DNA from: Yuukianura sp. NJ FZ-2021
Lineage: Eukaryota
Assembly: GCA_046563655.1 (NCBI GenBank)
Contig: CM102287.1
Span: 2,604,001-2,668,000, forward strand
Direction: 5' to 3'
Length of the DNA stretch: 64,000 nucleotides
Part shown: positions 25,984 through 35,156 of the stretch, piece by piece
Position numbering within the stretch: the stretch's first letter is position 1
How the letters are laid out: each line of letters opens with the position of its first letter
Translations under genes and position numbers: made by a program
Notes under the pieces: model-generated
What the model saw: only the letters and a program-made list of their open reading frames with translations
The model's database searches: none
What the model was told of the DNA's origin: nothing

Positions 25984-26965
25984 GGGATAGGAGGCAGCGT
26001 TTGTTTACGATTTGGTGTCAGCTATTGCCGTTAGTAACAAAGCAAAATCACTGCTCAAACTTGCAAAAGTCGGCACTGTTTCCAATGGTTGACAAACCAA
26101 AGTTTTTCGTAGGATAGTAATTCAAACAACCATGGGTTCAACAACAACTTTGTGCCCATGGAGACGGTTGAATTCAGTGCCGATATTTGCAAATTGTTGA
26201 ATAATGTCAGAATTACATCTGTTTTGTCTTATAACTTTTTTATTATAAGACCTAAAAATGCGTTTGAGGTGTCTAAAAATCCGAAAGACCATGGCACATA
26301 AGTTATATTTACCAAATTCCCGAATTTTTGTATCATAACAGGCTTAGAAAAAAATAAACGTTGTATGCAATTTTTAACCTTATTCCAGAACAAAAAGGCA
26401 AATTCTGAGAAATATAACTTATTCTACTGATAATAACGAATTTTTAGAGTCCTCGTACACATTTCTACGTTATTCCTGTGAATACTTATAAGGCCCTAAA
26501 GTTAATTAATTTGAGCCGAAACGAGACTCACCGTTGCCATGTGTGATTCCTTCTTAAACCCGATTTTTTTAGAATTTAGTGTAAAACCAAATTTTTTACG
26601 ATTTATGATTTTTACGAATTTAAGAAAAAGTAACACTCCATGATAACCTGATTTGAACTTTGAAGTGAAATTTTTGTTTAAAGAACAAACAATTTGAGAA
26701 ACTATTCACTCAAAACTTCTGTCGTCAGTTTGAAACACTTGTAGTTTGGATCACGTAAGAAAGTGGTCTTCAAAAGCTGCTCTTGTGCAATTTACGTTTC
26801 TGGAGGAGGTCAAGAGGTCACGCTTGCCCTACTTTGAAGTAATTCCTAAATTTCTAAGCTCCTGTGCATGTTTTTTGTTAACTTTTAATAATTTTGTGTC
26901 GTAGATCGGAAACCGTCGGGTCGTTTCGGTTCGGAATCGTGTCGGTTCCGATCATTGTTGGAAGA

Positions 26966-27513
26966 ATGAAGCTGATCGGTGCTTTTGTTGCCGTTGTCTG
27001 CTTCTGCAGCAGCATCGGCGAAACAATGCAAAGTAAACTGCCGCAGTACCCTAAAGGCGCAATGGAAAACGCGGCTCTTCACGAGGGTGATCTTGGTTGT
27101 GGGAAACCGGAAGTGTACGCAAAAGAGATGAAAGAGATGAAATCACATCCGGATGACCCTTCCTATTTTCCGAGATACAAAACAGCAGACTATTTGGGCA
27201 AAATTTGGCCGACTGCTGAGGATCTGATCAAGGAATGTTGTAACAAGAGCGAAACGTGGAGTCATGATTACACCGTCTTGACGAAGTGTACGACTGAAAG
27301 GAGATCGCGGAGAAGGGGGTCAAGATGAACCGTGCTCCTCCTGGATCTGCATCTGGAGCGGCGACATTGAATGCCGCCTGGGTTGGGACCTTGAATTTGG
27401 CGACCGTTTTTGGGGGAAGAGACAACACTAACGCAAAGGTCACCGCTGTCCTACAAAATGGAATCGCTGTAATCGCTACTCTTCTTGGAGCAGCAGCAAT
27501 CAACTTCTTCTAA
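26966..27513 (+). pseudogene. Cluster gene 2: domain-A-only paralogue with a frameshift (ORF 26966-27328, 120 aa; ancestral tail continues in another frame to 27513)
   Basis: Signal peptide plus HEGDLGCGK...KIWPTAEDLIKECC...VLTKC. Relative to gene 1, 7 nt (ATCAAGG) are missing at about 27300. It may be a pseudogene or a secreted truncated form. Confidence 0.7.
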
Positions 27514-28193
27514 AAATTCTTATACACAAAAATTATTTTTATACACTTTATTACGCTGAAAACCGATTTACAAATGTTCAAATATGTTATGAACTTTCGA
27601 AAAAACAAAACTCAAATTAACAACTCGATTTGAATTTTAAAATTGAAATTTTCAACACTCTGGAGTGATCAGATTTTACTAAAAATTAAAATTTTACTAA
27701 AAGTAAATTATTACTTACGTTATTATAATTATTAGTAAGTAAATTATTTACTAAGTAGTCTCAATTTTTCTAGAATTTATTCTAAAACCAAAATTTTTAC
27801 GATTTACGATTATTACGAATTTACGGAAAAATAAAATAAAAGTAAAACTTCATGACAACCTGAGTTAAACTATGAAGTGAAATTTTTGTTTAAAGAACAA
27901 ACAATTTGAGAAACCATTTTCACTCAAAAATTCTGTCGCCAGTTTCAACCACTTTGCAGTTTGGACACGGAAGAAAGCGGTCTTCTTCAAAAGTTGCTCT
28001 TGTGGAATTTGTGTTTCTCGAGGAGGTCAAGAGGTCACGGACTAATCATCTTCAACTTTGGTAACAAACAACACTGTTAATACAAATGTGTAACTTTCAT
28101 TTATGTTGTTCTCTACTAAAGTGCCGATCTCTGTCTCTAGATCGGTTACGCTCGTTTCTGTTCGTGCTGCGTGTTCCGATCATTGTGGGCAGA

Positions 28194-28667
28194 ATGAAGG
28201 TGATCGTTCCTGTTTTTGGGGGAAGAGACAACACTAACGCAAAGGTGATCGCTGTGCTGCTTCTGCTTTGTGCTGATTTGTGCTGGGGTGCAGACTTGTT
28301 TCCGCCATCAAGTAAAGGTTGGCAGGTCCTAGCCAATGCTAAGGTTTTCTGCGGCAACCCTTCAGGGCTTGACACTCAGAAGAAGTCGTATAACGCGCTC
28401 CCTGACGGTCCAGCGAAGGACGACTGGAATAAGAACATTCTGCCGGCTACGGAATTCGTCATCAAGGAATGCTGTGATGGTAAGAGCTTGAGCAAATGCG
28501 ACGATGCCAAAATCAAGCAACATATCGAAAGTCGTCTCGGAAGTTCAGCCGATTCAACTAAACCCGCAACAGCCGATTCTGCTAAAGGCGTCGCTTCAAC
28601 TCCCAAACAAAATGGAATCGCTGTACTCGCTGCTCTTCTTGCAGCAGCAACAATCAACTTCTTCTAA
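28194..28667 (+). CDS. Cluster gene 3: domain-B-only paralogue, 157 aa, predicted GPI-anchored
   Basis: MKVIVPVFGGRDNTNAK is followed by the signal-like VIAVLLLLCADLCWG, then FCG...ILPATEFVIKECCDGKSLSKC and the hydrophobic tail GIAVLAALLAAATINFF*. Confidence 0.8.
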   Translation: MKVIVPVFGGRDNTNAKVIAVLLLLCADLCWGADLFPPSSKGWQVLANAKVFCGNPSGLDTQKKSYNALPDGPAKDDWNKNILPATEFVIKECCDGKSLSKCDDAKIKQHIESRLGSSADSTKPATADSAKGVASTPKQNGIAVLAALLAAATINFF

Positions 28668-29474
28668 AAATTCTTACACACACACAAAAAATATTTTCAT
28701 ACACTTTAAGGTAAAAACCGAAATCCATATTTTGAAAAATGCTGACTTATAATTATGAAAAAAGAAAATAAAATTCTTTGATAACTCGATTTGAATTTTG
28801 AGATGGAAATTTTCAGAACTTCTACATCTTTTGTAGTCATCAGATTTTGTTTAATTCTTTTTAGTTCAAAAGATACTAATTATAATTTAATTAAATAATT
28901 TTTTTTTAAATTGAAAAGTTATTTCTACTAAAAATTATAACTTTCACTTGGTTTAGGCAGGTTGGCTAATTAATTTAATTAAAATCCCGATTTTCTGAGA
29001 ATTTTCGATAAAATCCAAATTTTTTAATTTTTGTAGAAAGAAATCCCGGAATTATCGCCTTGACAACTGGCTTGACCAAGAAAAATAGAATCCAAATAAA
29101 AATTCAAAATTCACAAAAACATGAGAATTTTGTTACCATGACAACCACTTTGACGGAAAACACTTTTTAAAAAACAAACAACTTCTTCCAAAGGTCATGA
29201 CCTCCGTGGCCGTTGAACTCCAAATCCGTCAGTCTTCATCCAACTTCCGAGGTGAGCGGATCATTCTACAAACGTCTCCTGAAGTTCCAAGCTGTTTTTG
29301 TGTTTCAACGAGGTCAAGAGGTCACCACTTTGTGTCACTCCTTTCCAGTAAGTGCACCGATACTGCCAGCATCTACTTTGTGCTGTTCGGTTCTAAATTT
29401 TCGTTTTTTTGGACTTTTAGGTCGGAAATCTTGAGTAGCGGTTTGAAGTCGTGCTGTTCCTGAGTGAATCGAGA

Positions 29475-29765
29475 ATGAAGTTGGTTGTGTGTGCTGTCGT
29501 TGTGCTGTGCTGCTTGGCCAGCATCCATGGCCAGTCTACTGCTCCGCCTGGTGGTGAAGGGACGGCGGGCCCTACGATGGCCCCGGGCAGTGGCACCACT
29601 GCTGCCGGAGGAGGTGGAATGGACGGCACTCCTGCGCCGGGTGAAGGTGCTGGTTCTGGAAGTGGATCTGGATCGTTCGGGGTCACTTTCAAACCGAATC
29701 TGTTCCTGACTTCCGTCGCTGTGCTGGGAGCAGCAGTCATTGGGGCCAACGTCAAGTCCATCTAA
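29475..29765 (+). CDS. Cluster gene 4: 96-aa Gly/Thr/Pro/Ala-rich small protein, predicted GPI-anchored
   Basis: Signal peptide MKLVVCAVVVLCCLASIHG, a low-complexity core and a C-terminal hydrophobic tail. 5'-UTR intron 29348-29420 (GTAAGT..TTTTAG). Same GAATGAAG start context as genes 1-3. Confidence 0.8.
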   Translation: MKLVVCAVVVLCCLASIHGQSTAPPGGEGTAGPTMAPGSGTTAAGGGGMDGTPAPGEGAGSGSGSGSFGVTFKPNLFLTSVAVLGAAVIGANVKSI

Positions 29766-32664
29766 ATTCAACACCTCAACAATCAAAACACAAACTTCAA
29801 TTCAAAAAGAACATAAGTCAACCATAAGTTGACCATAAGTAATCAAAAATACTGCCATACTGCGAAAGTACAAGTACAATTACAAAAAGTTACGAAAATA
29901 TTAACTATATACAAAAATAAAAATACAAAATTACATTTTTGAAAATATTTCAAAAGTTGGAGTCAGCATTTCTTGTTCTTTTAAAATAACTTCAAAAGTT
30001 GTAGTTAGCATTTCTTGTTCTTCTAAAAATATTTAGATTTTAAAAGCCTTAGATTTTAGAATTTAAATTTTGAAAGAAAACAAAAAATTTTTAAACTAAA
30101 TTGTAGAATTTCTAAAATTATTGTAGAAAATTAGTGAAAAATTGGAGAATTTAGATTTTAAAGACTTTTGTGGTGGTTGTTTGTACTGGATTGTTACATT
30201 TTCACTGGCAGCATTTTTGGGAACTGGAAACTACTGACAGTATTTTTGGCATCTGGAGTACTGGCAGTACTTTTTGCTTTGTTTGGACAGTTGAGTTGTC
30301 ACTTTTGATGGAGGTGTGGGTTCGAATCCACTTTGGAGAGGACCACCAAACTCGAAATAGTTGACATTTGAAATTGCACTTTTATTGTAAAAGTTACAAC
30401 TTTTAACTACTAAAATGTGGGAGGTCAAAAGTTGCATGGGTGGCAATTGATTGTTTCTTCAAAAATTGTCAATTTGGGCAGTTATGACCTTTGACCTCGG
30501 CGGTTTTTAGTCTAGAAACCATTGTTGGAAAATATTTTAGTGTGAAACACCGCTCCTCTTCTGCTGTAATAAAATGATGAATGTCTTCAGATTGATTTAT
30601 GAGTGCAGTTTGAGTGGAAATGACTCAATCTCAGTTTATTCGGAAGTTTATTTCACTTTTGGTCATAAATCTGTCAAAGGTCAAGGGTCAAATAAAACCA
30701 AAGTTCCAAGTAAACTAAAAACATAAAACAATTTAGACATAGACTAACAAGTTGTTTTGGCTCGGAAAGGGGCGTGGCCAAGTGACATCCAGTGACAAAT
30801 GACCTCATCAGTGTCAACTTTACGCCAGTCCTGCCCAAATTCATAGCTTAACTTTTTAATTTTATGAAATTGTGATTTTAAATCTGGTTAAATTTTGAAA
30901 CTGTGTGACAAATGATCCTAAATCGGTGTCTTTTGGATCTAAACATTTCAATTGTTTTGTGTAGATGGAATGTGATAAGGTTTAGAATGTCCCTGTGTCT
31001 CCAGTTTCACAAATTGCACAAGCATCACAGCATGAGACACCTACTGCTAAGGGACAGGGGCCCTGGAGGGCCAAGACCACTGCCACAATGTCACTTGGCC
31101 AAGGGGACCCTTAAGGGCTCTCCAACTGACTCCAGTGGAGGAGCACTGTGTCTCTCCAGGGTCTCTCAAATATTGTTATGTGTCTGCATTCCTCTGGACC
31201 AAGCAGGATCCACTACCATCTTCCACCGCAGTAGTCCAAAACATAATCACACTCAACTTACATCCAACCACTTTTCAAAAACATCAAACTCAAATTTAGA
31301 AATTTTAATTTCCACTAAAAAGTTACATTTTTTGATAAACTTTTACGCCATTTCAAGAAGAATTTCCAGAAATTGTGAAATTTTACGTTGTGTGATTTAA
31401 AAAAAAGTTTAGCTGGCATTTCACTCTGACATAAAAAATTAGTGAAAGTTTTTTCTTTTTTTCTTTTTAGTTTTCTAATGACAAATGAGTCCAAAAATTT
31501 GAAATTATGGAATTTTGCTCACGATTTGACTTGATTAAATTAAATTCAACTTTTTTGAAATTGGCTTAATTTTTAACTTTTCAAAACTTGATCTGTCAAC
31601 TCCTCGAACTGAAACTTTAAGTCAATCGACAATTGATTTCCTTCTGTCTTTTGCTCTTTTGAGTTATTAGTTTCCGTCAAAGTTACTAATGATTGTCATT
31701 ATTTCCTGTAGTTTTTACTAAGTTATTCAACCTAACAATGTTAGTGTATTCTGCCTAACTTAAAGATGTTATTGCCTAACCTAATGTAGTTAAAGGAGGG
31801 TGCGGTGACCTTGTGGTCCAGGTCATTTGTATCTTTCAAATTGATTCTCCTGTGATAAATACTTCAAAGACAGCGACGACAGGATTTTCAACAAAGCTGA
31901 AACTCCTTCTTTTCAAAATTCTACAAACTCCTCACGTCCTCTTCAAAATTTCGGCGGCGCTTCACGATCAGCTCAAAAGTTTTTAAGGTGTCGAATTTCA
32001 CGTGACCTTTGACCCAAATTTTCAAAAAAAGTTAGAAAATATAAAAATTTTATATTTCTAAAAATTATTTAGAAAATTGTGGAGAAATTGTAGAATTACT
32101 GGAATGAATGGCGTTAAGTTGTTGCATAAAAAGTGACGAAATTTTTATTGAGTAAGTTCAAGTTATTGTGCATTTTCCGTCATGAATCGGCATAAAATAG
32201 TTGTGAATGTGCAGATAAGTACCCATGGGTACTTAGGTTGTCCTGTGAAAACAAAAGGAGAAATTACAGGGCCTGTCCCCTGTCCACGTCAGAAAGTGAT
32301 TGTCAAAGTGTCATAATCATGAGATGATGACACTCTCCGTTGGAGTTAAAGCTAAGGACCCCCTCCGGGGGGACTTCAAAAATGTAAGAATATTTTAAGT
32401 ACTGGCGGTGACTTGACAAAAGTTGGACTTTACCAAAAACGGCCTTCAAGGGACCGTCCAAAATTCAATGAAGCTCAAAACGGCTGCAGCGGCTCGTGAA
32501 AAAAAAATCATTTGTAGACAGCACGATGACATTTTCAAAAAAAAAAAACTTCAAATACTTGTATTCGTGAAGGGCCTCTTGCGAGGGCCCTTTAAGGGCT
32601 CCTTTTTTAACAAGCTTCGCAAGTACTGAACAGAATCTAAAAAATTCGGGCTTGATTCTGATTG

Positions 32665-32678
32665 GTTGTCCAGGAAAC
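32665..32678 (+). promoter_or_regulatory. RFX X-box upstream of TTC25
   Basis: GTTGTC-CA-GGAAAC fits the GYTRYY-N1-3-RRHRAC consensus. It lies about 190 bp upstream of the ATG of a ciliary gene, next to a reverse CCAAT (ATTGG). Confidence 0.6.
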
Positions 32679-32867
32679 GCAAACTTTCCAGACTATTGAC
32701 GTTTAGACTTGACATTTCAAGACGCCTTCAAGATTTTCGCAGAAAAAAAATCGTCGGCAGTTGGATTTGTCTAAGTTTTTGTACATAGCACAGTTTTTCA
32801 AAAAAGTAGCAACTTTTTTGTGTAATTTTTTTTTTAAGTTTTTTAAAAGTTCGTGTCAAAGGTCAAA

Positions 32868-35156
32868 ATGCTGTCAGTCATTGATGAAAACAAGAAGCGT
32901 AAGCGACGTCGACGATGTCCTGTTCCGAAGTCCACGTTTACGACATTCATGGACGAAGGGTTCATGCACTTCAGAGCTGGTCGCTACCGCAAGGCTCTCT
33001 TCTGCTACGATCGGGTAAGGGTCATTGACCTCCAGGTCAAAGGTCAAATCAAGGTCAAAGGTCAAGGTCAAATTTTTGAATCCACTGCTTTTCAGGCCCT
33101 GGAGCTGAATGCCACCCACCGTGGGGCCTTGGTGGCTCGAAGTCAATGTTATTTGAAGCTGGGCGATGCCAGTTCAGCGCTTCGCGACGCTGAAACGTCG
33201 TTTGACCCCAAGAATCCCTACATCCTTGGTCTTTACCAATACGCTGAAGCGCTGTTCAGCCTCGGCAGCTTCGAAAAGGCGCTGATCGCTTTTAGCTACG
33301 GTGTGAGAACACGGCGAGACATGGATGGATTTAGAATCGGAGTTCAGAAGTCCATTGAAGCCATTACGCAGGCCATTGGAGACAAAGCGGCCACGCAAAT
33401 TGAAGATTTCTTTGACATCATTTCTCTCGTGGACGAGCTTGAAGCACTCAAAAACGGTAAGGTCAAAGGCCAAAATTGAAAAAAAGCAAAAACTAGAGAT
33501 TAAAATTCAAAATTTTTTGGAAATAGCAAAACAGGAGCATTGTTGCATTCGGCCGAATCCGGAAGAGGAGGAGATGAATGCGAAGCGTCTGAAGTTGAAA
33601 CCGCCGTCGAAGGCGCGAAGTGGTTGGGTGGCACGAGAAGTGTTGGGTCAAATGTTTTCAGACAAAGACTATTTGACGAAGTTCATGCAAAGAGCGGACA
33701 TTCAAAGTGAACATGGATCTGGTCAAGCTTTACGCAGAAACGCAACGGAAGCTCTCGGATTTCTGAAAATCCGGGAAGAATTTTGGCGTGCCCAGAATCC
33801 AATGTATTCTCGCAAATACGGGCTCAACTTTAACAACAACGTAAGTTCAACATAAAAAAATCACACAAGAATTTCAACCCCCAAAAAATTTCCGAAAACT
33901 TTTTTCAAAATGTTCTAAAATTTTCAATTTGAAATTTTCAGATGGTCCTCCAATATGAAGAGCAGGAACGTCTGCGTCAAGAGCAAAGTCGACGAATCAA
34001 AATGGACGCTGCAGAGGGCGCCATCGTCAAAAATTTATCGCTCATTCAACATGGTAAAAATCCACGAATTTTAAAATTGTCAAAGAAAATTTTAAATTCT
34101 TCAAAAATTTCTTGAAATCACAAAATTTTCTCTTAAATTTTTTCTAGCTCTGGCGATTGGTCGGCCACATGACTGTAAGCACTATGTAAAATTGAAATTA
34201 ATCGATTACTAATTACTAATCGATTAATTTCATGATTTTAAGGTACTTTGGAGTGCGAGAGAACGTTGCGTCAAATGAAGAAAATCACGAAAACTGTTTT
34301 GCCGCGTCGCACTGAATTTGTGTGTCAAATTTACCACTACAAAGGCCTAGCTCTCATTGAACAAAAAAAATATGACGAGGCTGTAAACGCTTTTCAAGTT
34401 GAATTTGACCTTGCTACGGCAGAGTAAGAATTTTCCAAAATTTCAAAACTTAAAATCTGACTTTTAAATTTTGACCTTTGACCTCAGGAAAATGACTCCA
34501 GAGAGGTCACGTGCCTTGGACTGCTTGGCGAAATGCTATGCCTACAAGAAGTGTTGGGCTGAAGCTGCTGACATTTGGGAATCTCGTCTTTCTCTTTTAA
34601 AAGATCATGTCGAAAGAGCTTACGTGTTTCACGAAATTGGTCGGTGCTATTTTGCCATGGCTCGGACTGACATGTCAAAGTAAGTCACGAGGTCAAAGGT
34701 CACGAGGTCACTTTTTGAATCTCGTTTTTGTTTTTAGGCATTTTGCAATTCAGAGTTTGGAAGAAGCCGAGAAGATTAGCGACGATATCTGGAGTGCAAA
34801 TGCCCACATTTTATTGGCTCAAATCGATAGTAAGAAATTAAATTCTGAGACCTCAAAATTTGAAATTTGGAATTCATTTAGTGACTAAAATTTTGTTTTT
34901 TGAAATTTCAGTTAAGCTGATGCACTTGGAATCAGCGGCAAGTCACTTTGAAAAAGCAGAGAAGCTTCTTCGTGTTACGCAGGACAAGACGATGTTGTCG
35001 CTGATCGCTGAATCTCTGCAGTGCTTGAAAGTTTGGATTGAAAAACGCGAAAAACTGGAACCGGAAGCCACAGAGACGAATTTGTCCGACGAGGAAGCTG
35101 AAACACACTTCGTACAAGCTGAAAAACCGAAAGCTCCAAAACCACCGTCAGCTTAA
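32868..35156 (+). CDS. TTC25: Tetratricopeptide repeat protein 25 / outer dynein arm docking complex subunit 4; exons 32868-33014, 33096-33456, 33527-33840, 33942-34053, 34148-34174, 34243-34423, 34488-34679, 34738-34828, 34912-35156
   Basis: N-terminal TPRs (STF..EG..ALVARSQCYLKLGD..ALRDAE..AEALFSLGSFEKAL..FRIGVQKSIEAI), the central motifs LGQMFSDKDYL and FWRAQNPMYSR, and C-terminal TPRs match the TTC25 pattern. All GT-AG introns keep the frame. Confidence 0.88.

Noticed and set aside
29475..29765. Springtail-type Gly-rich antifreeze protein
   Set aside because: There is no sustained G-X-X tripeptide periodicity, and it carries a C-terminal hydrophobic anchor signal.
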